Assembly (NCBI RefSeq): GCF_024521635.1
Contig: NW_026250406.1
Coordinates: 1,488,001-1,552,000, forward strand
Reading direction: 5' to 3'
Source of the DNA: Tricharina praecox
Taxonomy: Eukaryota
Length of the DNA: 64,000 nt
A program made the position numbers and the translations under genes. Shown in pieces: positions 51,633 to 63,600 of the stretch. The notes beneath the pieces were generated by a model that worked only from the letters and a program-made list of their open reading frames with translations, was not told the DNA's origin and made no database searches. Each line of letters starts with the position of its first letter. The first letter of the stretch is position 1.

Positions 51633-53727
51633 TAGTCAATGATGTCAGAGTTCCGCGTTAGCTTGCAATGAATTATTGAAGCAAAGTCTTCAAGGAGTAC
51701 TGGTGAACAAAAGGTGACAGGCAGCTCTAAGCCCTGGTAGAGAACGAAAAGTAAGGAGTTGATCTTGGGTGTGCGGGGTTGTGTAGACGGCTCTTTTGCT
51801 AACATGAGCAAAGGTCTCCTTTCGCGCAGTTCACCCTGCATTCCTACCGTACTTACGCGAGAGGGATAACTACGTGCGCGGTTGGCGAAAGATGCGGGGT
51901 TGATGAGTACTTCGGTCTTTTTGATTGGCCAACTGTCTCTGCATGTTTCGTATCTGCATGCACTTCGTTCTGTGTACCCAGGCTGCCGAATGACGCGCGT
52001 GCAAGGCGACCTAGTTCGCGATGCGGGGCTCTACTCTGAAATGTGAGTGTCCACCTGGAGATAATTTCCCTGGATCAAAGACAATAATAACCCGTATCAA
52101 GCTTCCAAAGAGTCAATAATGAAGGGAAATTCATCTCCGGTAATGTAGCCATTCAGCTGAACTACGATGACAAAAAGGATCGGACAAAGCCCGTTTTACA
52201 CCAAAAATGCCTCATTTTCACGAAACCTAAACCTATCCTCCACCCGCTCGACAAAAATCATCTCTTTCACAGAACCGTTAGAACCACAAGCTTCTTCGTC
52301 ACTAACAGCTTTGACGACTTTCATCATGGATTGGGGCTGTACGATGTTGTATTTTGCAGGAGTTGAAAAGTGACATTACGTTTTGTAAGGGGCTCCCATA
52401 CAAAAAGCTACTTGGCAACCATTACCTTTTCCCTATTTGGTATTGCTCAACACCAACAATTCAAAACTTCGTGCCCAGTTCTCATATCGTTGTCTGTGTA
52501 GTTATAGGGGTCTCTCAATCGTCTCTGATTCTTTTCGATGCGTTGGGGTTGTTGTATCAGTGGTTGAAAATGGCCACTTTGGGTGAAAACTGGGCTTTGT
52601 CCAACTATTTTTGTCCTAGTACTATTAATCCTCGTCACCAAACACTGTTGATGTGATACCTATGATGCACACAGGCGGAAGAGACAATAATGTTACTAGC
52701 GGCAAAGGTTCAGGTAATGAAGAGGCAGAGGGCCAATTCAGATCAGTGCAGGCAACAGCTCAGCCCAATCAAAGCCAGTCCGCAGCCCGGCGCGTGTAGT
52801 AGAGAGTGATTTGCAACGATCCGTTCACTGCTAGTCTCGTCGAGGGCGATCCGGCCAGCTCATTGTGGCGCTGCCTATATCCAAAATAAATCACACACAT
52901 AGGAGGACTTCAGTCCTTCGTCTCACCTGCGTGAGCCTGTTTCCTATCGATTGTTGTAGGGTTACCCTACCAACTCTAGGATCCAGCCCGCCCAACGCCA
53001 ACTGATAACCCGGGCTGCGCTGCCAGCCCATCGGCTCCAACCCGAGCTATCAGATCAGCCCACCAGCCCCAGCCCAGCCCATAGGATTTTCGGGCGGTTA
53101 CCTGCACTGTCCAGAATGGCGGTCGGGAATGATCACGTAAGCAAACGCCTTCGAAGCCGACCGTGAATGGCGGCCAGGGGGCGTCCCGACCCCCGAGCGA
53201 CTCAGTAGGATGGTCGAGCAATTGTACTCTACTACCAGCGAGAAAGATGATGCCTGCAGCACAGAAAAAGGAGGCAAATCATGTTCGCGAGAAGCAGATT
53301 CTGGTCTGTTTTTTTGTTTTATCATCGTAAAATTCAACCTTATCAGATCATGGCTGTACACACGCCCGTTGCACCCCACTATCTCCGACCGCTGGCCACG
53401 AGCTCGATGTGGGTTCCATATTGCTCTCCACCCTGCTCATCCGCGTATAGAGAGACAGACAGACAGAAAAAAGGGACAGGACATTCCGAAGAAGCTGCGA
53501 GCATATGGATGCCACTGTACAGCAGCACACATCCGAGTGATCGTTCATGCAGCTCGCTTACATCCTCGCAATTTCGGCGCGTCCACAAGCCAACCACAAG
53601 CCAATCGCGATTCCTATCCTTGCATCAAAACGGGAAGCCTCGGGTAGATACTGATTTATCAGGATCCCCGAGTCGCACTTTGGCGTCGCCAACCACGCAT
53701 CACTACTCGCTCGCCATAAACGCCACC

Positions 53728-54243
53728 ATGAGCCTCGACATCTCCGCCCTCCACAAAGACTTCACCTCTGCACCATGGGTGATGTCGATTCTCACCGCGG
53801 CTACCACTGAGATCGTCAGTTTTGCCTTCGTCGGCAGACCCAGATCCAGGGATGGCCATGAAGACTCCCTTACCGCGGTAACCTTCAACACAGACGACAC
53901 GTTCCGCGCCTACCTTCCCGTCGCGACACCGAGCGAGACATGCACGTTTATATCCGTGGGGGATGGACTGAATGGGCACGAAGGCATTCTACACGGAGGC
54001 GCGGTGTCAGCGATCCTTGACATCGGATTAGGCGCGCCGGTAAACACGATCGCTTTCACAGCGTTTCTAAATGTTACATTCAAGAAGCCGCTGCCAACGC
54101 CGAGGGTCGTGGTGTGTCGCGCGAGGATTACGAAGAGCGAAGTGCGGAAGAAGTGGGTCGCTGGTACGCTCGAGGATGGCGAAGGGACCGTATATGCGAC
54201 GGGGGAGTGCCTGTATGTTGAAGCGAAGCCGGCGAAGCTGTAA
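53728..54243 (+). CDS. Hotdog-fold (PaaI-type) thioesterase with PTS1 peroxisomal signal
   Basis: 171 aa from caccATG; GLNGHEGILHGGAVSAILD, TAFLNVTFKKPL; ends in AKL. Confidence 0.9.
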   Translation: MSLDISALHKDFTSAPWVMSILTAATTEIVSFAFVGRPRSRDGHEDSLTAVTFNTDDTFRAYLPVATPSETCTFISVGDGLNGHEGILHGGAVSAILDIGLGAPVNTIAFTAFLNVTFKKPLPTPRVVVCRARITKSEVRKKWVAGTLEDGEGTVYATGECLYVEAKPAKL

Positions 54244-57200
54244 GATGAGCCAGGGAGCGAGGGCTGGAGGTTATCCAAAGGGACACATTAGGACGCTGAG
54301 GTGAGCGCAGCGGCAATGGAAACTATGTAGATTAGATGGGTTTTGGTATGATGTCGAGAGAGAGAGAAAACATCAATTTATACGCATAAATCAGCACTTA
54401 CCAGACTTCCGCAAACGTGTCGAGTAGACCTTCGTTTTTTCTATAATCATTGACTGCATGCGACTCATCGAGAATATAGTAATGTAAACACTCTGTTTCC
54501 ACGACATTGTGGGCTTCGACTCTCGTAAAGCGGCTTCGTGCGGCTTCTCCTACCCACCGATCTCGCCTTTCCCAAAGAGTGACGTAGGGCAAACCAAGAA
54601 ACCGAGGGAAGGAACAGAAACTAGAGTATACTAGGGACATCGTCATCTCCGGACATCACATATTCTGACAGTAATTTAGCAGAGAGCGTTCTGGATCACT
54701 ATTCGACATAAGGAAAAACAAAAACTTCGATGGGTGCGCACAGGCGTTTCTACTGCTGCCTGAACTGCACAGGGCGCCACATAGCCATTGAATACGCACG
54801 GTGCCATGTGACCACAGTTGTCCATTCTTGACTGCAGTTGTCCATGCCTGACCGCAGCCTCCAAGTATGATCTCAGTTAGCCACGCCGGTGCTGGACACT
54901 GCGTAATACTCTGACTAAATAGACACGATGCCTAGATTGATAGCAGTGCATGAGTGATCGCAGCCGACCCCGCATGGTAATACGTTAGCGTCAAAGAAGC
55001 CATTGTGCGGCTAATTCAAGAAGTAGCAGTCACAGCCCACAAGGACTTGTGATGAGCGCTTGCCATCTTCAATGCGCTAGCGGGTTGCAGCTTGGTTTCT
55101 TCCTCTCTTTCTCGTCCTCTCCCTCCTTCACCCGTACATATAACTCCAACATCATCCTCCAACCACATCACTTTGATGAATCACCTCCAAAATCATCCTT
55201 TCACTCCATCATTATAATGCATCAAGCTTCAGAAAAACATTCCGCAACATCTGTCACCCACAACCACCGATCCTAACACCACCACCACCATAGAAACAAC
55301 ATGGCAGACGCAGAGCCCGCTCGTAACATGACTCCAGTCCCGGAAATTTTCGATGTCCCGACAGCGGCGATAACGGACGAGCCAGGTAAGTGCAGTCTTC
55401 CAGCTGCGGCGGTGCATGGGCGAGTGCTAATGTATGCCGTGGCGACCGAAGAGCCGAATAAGGAAGCGACATCTGTCGCTGAACACAATGACACAATGGA
55501 ACAGGGAGGCGCCATGGACACGTCCATGGACGATGTCGATGGCGATGACACCCCCGGCAAGGAGACGCAGCCGACATCTCGGAAGACGAGGACGCAGACG
55601 AACCCCAGGTCGCCCCCCTGAGGGAAAACTACACGCACGAGAAATTGTGCGTGTTGCGTTTCCTCAGGGAAGATCTGGGGAACGCCTGGCGCTCAGTCGC
55701 GAGGATGTATAACCAGTACTGGTATCTGCAAGGACGCACTGTCCTCGTGGTATAAGAAAGCGGTACCTAGCCACTGCGTTTGCGGTCATGATCGCAAACC
55801 CGGTGAGTAGCTCATGATTCCGGATTGGTCGTCGTTTTCCTCTGCTGGTGGCTGATCGAACATAGGAAACCGAAGAGGTCAAAGACCACAGTGGGTGGTC
55901 TCCGTCTCCCACCTGCGCCCCGGCGCCCTCGCGGCCTTCTCCGCCGCTTTTCAGGTCAATATGACCACCTCAAGCCCCGTACACACCGAGACGGAATCCC
56001 GCTAAACCCCGACGAGTGTAGAACCCAGAACGCAGTTCTCAAGCACTTTGGCAACGTCACGCACCAGCACCACAAGGCCATCGAATTCCGGGTTGCAATA
56101 GTTCGCAGGTTCCGGGAGGAGCCCAACCTCATTACAATGCCACTACACAGCGAGGAAAACAAGAAGGCTTTCACTAATCGAGTGACTGCGTGGAGGTTGT
56201 GGGCCCCAAGGTCACGCCCCTGCGCGATCTAATGCACGGCACAATAGTGAGTCTGGCCTTTCGCGGCAAAGAATGTCGTCTCGCAGGCAACTACGTGGTG
56301 TACTTACTTGTGACGGTGATACGCTCGCGTCTCGCACGTCCGAATACGTAAGGCATCGACTACTCCGCTGCCATGAAAGCAGCCATCAGCACAACTACGC
56401 AAACATCAACCGGCGGCAATTTCGATCAGGGTGCATACACTGGCTTTTTCTTCATCGCGTTCAACCCGCCTGGATGTTGCTCTGTAACTTCTCGTGACTA
56501 ACTCGGTGAGTAGCTCATGATTCCGCGCTACTCGCCTTTTTCATCTGCTCATAACTGACTGAACCTAGAAAACAAGGAAGGAAAGGAGGATAGTTGACGG
56601 TCTGATAAGGCCTAGGTAGATGGAAAACGTTGCTGGGTGTCAAGGTACTAAAAGTCGATTGTCTTTCGCATTATTATTTTCTTTCATGCTTATGCGAGTG
56701 CGAGTAGTTTAGCGATGCTGCGAATCTACTATTGAGTTACTTTGAAGGTCCAAAAAAAGATTTGGTCTCGCGTTGCTACCGTCAATTGATCACTTTCCTG
56801 CTACCCAAGTATGTCTACATCGGACAGTGTGTCGACGCGGAGTGGCGATGCCGACGGTCAAGGCCCTACATGGCACCGAATTTGGCATATTCCCGAAAAG
56901 CGCGGGTGCTCGAGACGGAGGGCGTCGACCTGGATTTCTCGGTCAGGGTGAGGAGCCGCAACGTCGATTACGAGGTTACCCGTCATTGCGCACAAGATGG
57001 CAACATCCTTGAAGGCCGGGTGGTAGCATGCCAACGTACATAGATTGTCTCCATCATCATCGACGCCATTGGCGCGGATTCGACGCCTTCAGTATCCGGC
57101 CCGGTCGATTCGTCTAGTTCCTAGCTAGGATGCCCATTGTTCACATCACCCATGTGGACGCTAGGGAACGAGCCCCATCCTCCGCCACCACATGGATTCA

Positions 57201-57546
57201 CCAAGCGTAGCAACTTCTTAGGAGAACCTACGCTGAGTGGCGAAACCTGGATTCTTTCCAGCGGCGTCACAACCTGAAAGGTCAAGGCTCTAGACCCGCC
57301 TCCCATCGCCGCGGCCAAATATTCTCCGTACACGTCTGTAGCAGCCTGTGTAGGGGGTCTAATGTCGCGATGATGCTCTGTTGGTGCGAGAGGTGCCACG
57401 GAAGTCGAGGTATTCGTGGACTCCCGGAGTGCGTCGATAATCATCAAAGCTAACTCGGTCAGGACTCGGAACGGGAACAGCGGGTTACTGCTGTGGGCGA
57501 ATGGTTCGTTCGGAGAATTGAATGCGATACCTGAGGGCCTAGTACA

Positions 57547-58120
57547 CAGGGCTGTAAACCGTCCGTCCAGACGACCGTCCACTAGTGGACGGTAGTCCCG
57601 TCCCCTCCCGTTCCTTCCCGTCTCAGGCAGGCTTTCCAGAGGACTGATCCATTCCGTCTGAAGGATGAAATGCCAAGATACCCGCCAGGTACCTATAGGT
57701 ACCTGATGGCACTAGCGTGCTACGCTGACTACTAGTTGGCCAAGTACCTAGTATATAGCGCGGTGACTACCAACAGAATTTTCAGCGTCGAGCAGAATTT
57801 TCAACGTCGTCAAACAATCGACCTCAGGGGATAGAAAGTGCTAGAAGTAGGAATGGGGATGGTGTGAAAGTTCTATCGTGAGAGACACTGCGGAATGGAG
57901 CCGCACAGCCGCACAGCCACACATCAGTACACCTGCGCCACTGTGTGGCGCCACGCCGCTTGCATTGCCCTAGTGTTCCATTCAATTCCGGGCCCTGTAG
58001 GGTATCCGTCCTCATTTCTCCACCCCGGAAGAGTGTAGTCCTTGGCCTCCTCACTCCGACTAATTTCGTCCTGGGCCGGGCAACCTCAAATACGGACGGG
58101 ATGGATGGTTGACAGCCCTG
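57547..58120. mobile_element. hAT-type MITE, copy 2
   Basis: TIRs CAGGGCTGTAAACCGTCCGTCC / GGATGGATGGTTGACAGCCCTG; imperfect 8-bp TSD ctagtaca / catgtaca; homologous to 18493-18959. Confidence 0.85.
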
Positions 58121-58981
58121 CATGTACATATGTTGTAAGCCACAGGGCAGAATTGTCCGTCTTTAAATCGAGTTGAGCATCTATAGATGGACTGGCCCCA
58201 GTATAGGTGAATCGGATCCAACACCTGGACGGACCAGGCGTGAATTGTATCGCGGTTGCTAGGCTGGACCAGGAGCCGGATAAGCCAGTCCAGTAGTAAA
58301 GTATCTCTCCCTAGGCCAGGCTACCGATACCATTCTGCCCAGTGGGCTGGCCCCCTGTGGTAGATAGGCATGCCGAACCCGAAAACCAGCTAGTAGTATT
58401 ACGCACTCGAGATCACTGCTGGCTATACATTTACAGTATCACTTTGGCACAACGTTTGGCATTACCAATCCCCTTCAACCATCAACTGAATTCAACTATC
58501 ACCAACAAAACAAACATTGCATTCAGCGTAAACGCAGCAGGACAAACTTTTCTTCTGACATCCGAATCCTCCTCTATCCCAGAACCGGTCCTGCGACTCT
58601 ACTATCGCTTCTCCTCTGTGCAGCGTAATTGCACAGCCGTCGCTAGAAGTAATGTTTGGTGGTGAAAGGTGAATCGATGATCTAAAACTGTGGTCGGTGT
58701 AGGGGAACGTGTCGATGCCGCTATGTGTAAAAGTGTAAATTTTTTTTGCCGTAGTACTGTATTTGCGGGGCCGCTGGATGATTAAAGTTACTGTCAGCGT
58801 TGTAAATCCATATTTGAAAGGAGACACTGACCGGAAACGAGCTACGATCTAGGGAACAGCTTGCAGGTCCTCTCGCAGCGCATACACGACGCCGACGACG
58901 AGGAGACTGCCCATTTGGCCTACCATCCCCAGTCAGTCCGTGGAATTGTCAAGTAGGATCAGTGCCTCACCAACTTTAGAG

Positions 58982-59350
58982 TCAACTTCTCATGCCAGTC
59001 TGCCAAGACCACATCCTCATCTCATACAATTGCATCTGCTGATCCCACGTGTCGCGGTAGAGCCTACGCTGGTCGCGGGTACCAAGGACATACCTGGCTA
59101 GTAATAACTGATGCCTCACCCGAGACAGCCGAAGCTCCAGACCCGCTTCATCTTGCTGCGACCGAACCATCGCACTGGAGGTCTGGAGAAGCCTGCGCAG
59201 GGTTGCTAGTGGGACCAGATCGCAGAGCTCTCGGTTCGTCCGTGAGGTGAGACGGAAGTTGAAGAACTCGTCGATTCCATCGAGGGCTCCGATAATCATC
59301 AGTGCGACTTCGGTGGGAACTGGAAGAGCGGGGTGTTCCTGAGGGCTCAT
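58982..59350 (-). CDS. Small protein with an N-terminal F-box-like motif
   Basis: 122 aa ORF, LPVPTEVALMIIGAL..F..FRLTSR; C/A-rich leader; related remnant (LTELALMIIDAL) at ~57430-57470. Confidence 0.45.
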   Translation of the reverse strand: MSPQEHPALPVPTEVALMIIGALDGIDEFFNFRLTSRTNRELCDLVPLATLRRLLQTSSAMVRSQQDEAGLELRLSRVRHQLLLARYVLGTRDQRRLYRDTWDQQMQLYEMRMWSWQTGMRS

Positions 59351-60619
59351 GACGGCGATGTAGGGATGTTGGTCAGATGTGTGTTGGATTGGCTGGCAAG
59401 ATCAAGGTAGTGTCGGGTGGTGATGGACGTAGTAGGTTGGGATGTCGGCAATTGAATGCTGTAGTAAACTATTGGATTTCAGGCAAGATCAAGATTGAGC
59501 GCTGGTCTGTGAACTAACTACAACATAACGCTAGCGCAAATACAATTGAATGGAACGGGTGCCCAAAGCGATCTCCAGAAAGCAGACCAATACCCGCAAT
59601 GAAAGAAATTATGAGAGAGTGCAAAAAGTAATAACCGTGACAACAGTCACAGCCCTACTTTGGAGCCTGCAAATCGACTCTTTTACAGCCACTTTCCCAA
59701 AGTCCCTACCCGAGTACATACAATGCTTGGGGGAGCGCTATCCACATTCCGCAAAAGGAAATCATATTGGGTCCCAAGGGGCTGCAACATCCCAACTCTC
59801 AACGTGCAATCAACACGAGCGGCTGACCACGACCTGTCAGATTACGGCGTTCAAAGCACATGAAGGAAGTGGGAACTCTCCTCATGTCCGCTGTAAGGTG
59901 ATGGTGAAGTTTCAAAGGAGCACTCAGCACTGGTTTGAAGGAGTCCAGGACTCGGTCACGCGAACTGTATGAGGAGGAGGAGATATGTCTCGCTGTCGGG
60001 TCTACTGTCTGGTCCCGGCCACGGGTATCTCGACCAACGGCAGAAATATTGTGTTTCACTAGAAGGGCCGTGACCCGCAGTAGAAGAAGAAGCAAGGAGA
60101 AAAACAGTTATATATCCCTACCAATCCTCCTACCTATCTCATGAAATTCGGCACCATCATCCTGGATGTAACATGTATACTCAGATGAGGATTGGAGTCT
60201 CTTGTTTCAGCTTCTGCTCTCTCCACTGACGAAAACTCGCTGTCAACCGAGCGGATTTCCTTTATTTGACTTTCTTTATCTCAAATGTCGAGCGTCACGT
60301 TCATCATCAATCTCACAAGATTGGATTTATCGTCTCACACATGAAGGGGCTATTAGTGCGACATTCCGCAATCCCGCTGCTCGGATATATTAATTTATGC
60401 ATAAATTACCAATGATGAAATGAAGAAATCAGTAGGATACGCTACATCTTGCAGAAAGGCTTTTGATACACATCCTCGATGATTTGGCTTTTCTTTCTTC
60501 AAGTGAAAACGTGATGGGACGGGCACGTACCGCGCCACATGATGTGGCTCAGTATAGGATAGCGCTCATTCGACAGGGGAGTCACCGGGTCGCTCAACCC
60601 CCGTCCCGGCAACCATTCA

Positions 60620-63600
60620 TCTTCTCTCCTCTTCACTTCACAACACTACAATAGAAAAGAAATTCCGAAAGGTACGATCCACCCCATCCGCATTTAGCCT
60701 CACATGTCACCGGTCTCGGCCGAGCGGCCTTGAATCAACTCTCTACAACATATTTGTTCGGGGGCAATCCAAAATCGATGACTGACAGCCACCAACAGGT
60801 GGTACGAGGGAAGCGATCAAGGCTTGTCGCTGTTTATCCGGAATCATTAGTGATTTATCGCTCAAGTTGAGGAGCGGTTAGCTGCTCAGTTTAATGCGTC
60901 CCATTGATATCCTGTATGTCCCGAGATGGTTTACTAACTTCCCACCAGGTCTACCCTTCTCTACAGCCCGTAGTCACAGCCGTCATCGATGATAAAACTG
61001 GAGCTGAGTCTACCGAGACGTCAGATGAAGCCAGCGCTGGCCGCAAGCCGTGGAGATACGTGAAGAACCCTCTTGCGTAAGGCGAAGTGCTTTGGCTTGT
61101 GAATTGTGGTAATCATCCTCGTTGCATCTTCATACCTGCGTCAATTACTAACGCTTTTAAAAGGTCTACCCTCCTTCAATGTCAATAGTTGTAGCCAACC
61201 AGGGTACCTTTCAGGCAGGGCCGCCAAGCTGTCACAGTATGATGGCGCTTCTTCAGTGCAGCCAATCTAGGATCGGTGAAGAAACTTATCACGAGAGGAG
61301 ACCTGTCATCGCTAGCAAAGTGCTGTACGTAGGAACTGTATCTTCGGGTATCTGTGTTTGTGCAACTTACTAAGAACCGGAAGGTCTACCCCGCTTCGTT
61401 GCCTTGGCCGCAGATACCTCCGTAGTAGTAGTATGACTGGAGGAGCGGCTTCCCAACATCGGTGATTCCGCTCGTTAGCCTGCATGTCTCCGAGGTAGGT
61501 GACGAATAGATGCATCGCATAGTGGGCGAGGAGCTCTGGCTGGTGAAGTGTGGTAAGTATTGTATTTGGGACGGCCATATCGGAAAAAGGTACTAACGTT
61601 GCAGAAAGGTCTACCCTCCTCCACGGCCCGTCGCTGTAGCCACATGCCGTGACATCATGGGAGCTCAGAGCCTGCCGAGGATTTCATCCTCCCTCGGGTC
61701 TGCTTAACCTGAACCTGTCAGGGTTGGTGAAAGCCCACGAGGATCCAGGTGAGAAGTCATGGCCGGCGACGCGTGGTACGTACCCTATGCGTTGGTAGCC
61801 TTTTTTGTAGAAATGTAACCTGTCGACAAGGTCTACTCTCCTTCACGGTACATCCATAGCAGCAAACGTCTGCAAGAATATAAGGTAAGCTCAAGCAGCT
61901 AAAGGTCTGATGATGCCGCCTCTCAACCTCAACCTATTTAGAACACCACATGGAGAAAGGCCACGATTGGAACCGGAGAAGTGTGGTAAATATCCTTTGC
62001 TTTGCATAACCGTTCTAGGACAAGAAACTGACAATTTGATAAGGTCTACCCTTATTTACGGTCCAGACTCCATAGAGGCGGCTGCATCATGCATTAGCAT
62101 GGCGGAAACTTTCAGCCCACCAAAGATCTAACACTTGTTTGGCACAGTGGCACTACATAACCGGAACCTGTGATAGTTGGTAAGGAACCACGGTGATCAA
62201 GGCAAGGAATGATGGCCGGTGAAGTGTGGTAGGTATCCTCTGCTTTGTTATCCCGTTCATAAAACAAACTGACATGGCGATAAGGTCTACCCTCCTTCAC
62301 GGTACATCTACAGCCGCAAAGGTTTGCAAGAACAAAACAGAAGTTCAAGCAGCTAAAGGCTTGATGACGCTGCTTTTTAACCTCAACCTACTTAAAAAAC
62401 CACATGCAGAAAGGTGAAGATTGGAACGAGAGAAGTGTGGTAAATATCCCTTGCTTTGCATGCCCGCTCTTGGATAAAGAACTGACATGTCGATAAGGTC
62501 TACCCTCCACGGGGTAGCGTAGCCGCTTTCACTTGCAAGTACAAAACCGGAGCTCGAGCTGCTAAAGGTCTCATGATGCCGCTTCTGAGCCTCAACCTAT
62601 ATGAAGAATCAAATGGATGGCGGCCAAAGATTATGGCCCGCGTAGTATGGTAAATATATTCTGCTTTGAAAGCCCGTCCTTGAAGAAACCATTAACATGA
62701 CGGTTAGGTCTACTCCCCTTCACGGTGCTAACATCGCCGGAAACCGCTTTAAGAACAGAACAGATGATCAAGCAGCTAAAGGCCTGATGATGACGCTTCT
62801 TAGCCTAAAACCGCTTGAAGAACCAGGTGGAGAAAGGCCAAGATGGGGATCGGCGAAGTGTGGTAACTATCCTTTTTGAATCTTCATACCTGTGAAAAAT
62901 TACTGATTCTGTGAATAGGTCTACCCTCCTTCATGGTCAACAGCTGTAGCCAACTACTGTGACGCGCATGCTGCCAAAGCTGTCAGATCTCGGCTTTTCT
63001 CAATCGCCGATGATTGGGTATGGGTGACGATCCCTATTTCGAGAGACTCGCAGTCATCGCTGGCGAAGTGTGGTATGTAGAAACCCTTACTCGGGTCTCT
63101 ATGTTCGTGCACTGTACTAAAATAGCAAAAGGTCTACCATTCTTCTTTGCCTTGGCTGCAGATACCTGCGCAGGACGACATGAGTGCCGTCTTCCAGATA
63201 TCAAAGATGATGTTGCTCGTTAGTCTGCATCTCTCCGAGGGTCGAAGGTGGGGGACGAATCACCTCGTGATGGGCGAGGAGCTCAGGCCGGTGAAATGTG
63301 GTAAGTATCCTTTTTGAGAGGGCTTTTATGAAAAAAGTGTGTTATCTCTTCAGGAATGTCTACCCTCCTTCACGGTCCATAGGGTCAGCCACCGGCAGTG
63401 GCAAGACGGTAACCCTCAGCCTACCGAAGAAGATACACTCCGTTGGCATTCCTCAACCTGAACCTATCAAAGTTGGTGAGGAACCGCATGACTGATCATG
63501 GTAGGGAATCATGGCTGGCGAAATCTGATAAGTTTCCTTCGCTGTGATTTCCCGTCCTTGCAGAAAACTCACCATGCCGATAAGGTCTACCCTCTTTCAC

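Noticed and set aside
52000..52700. Divergent partner gene for the second Hsp70-like copy
   Set aside because: No ORF resembling the 47404-48792 product was found upstream of 51632.
53281..53727. N-terminal extension of the thioesterase ORF (320 aa)
   Set aside because: No domain similarity; the ATG at 53728 gives a normal-sized hotdog thioesterase.
62210..62310. HDV-like ribozyme at the spliced junction (GGCCGG..GUCUACCCUCCU..GG)
   Set aside because: Only superficial resemblance; the P1 and P2 partner strands are missing from the required positions.
61890..62850. Hammerhead ribozymes or C/D snoRNAs (CTGATGA/TGATGA motifs)
   Set aside because: CTGATGA is intact in only a few units; no conserved stem II-GAAA geometry and no conserved CTGA D box.
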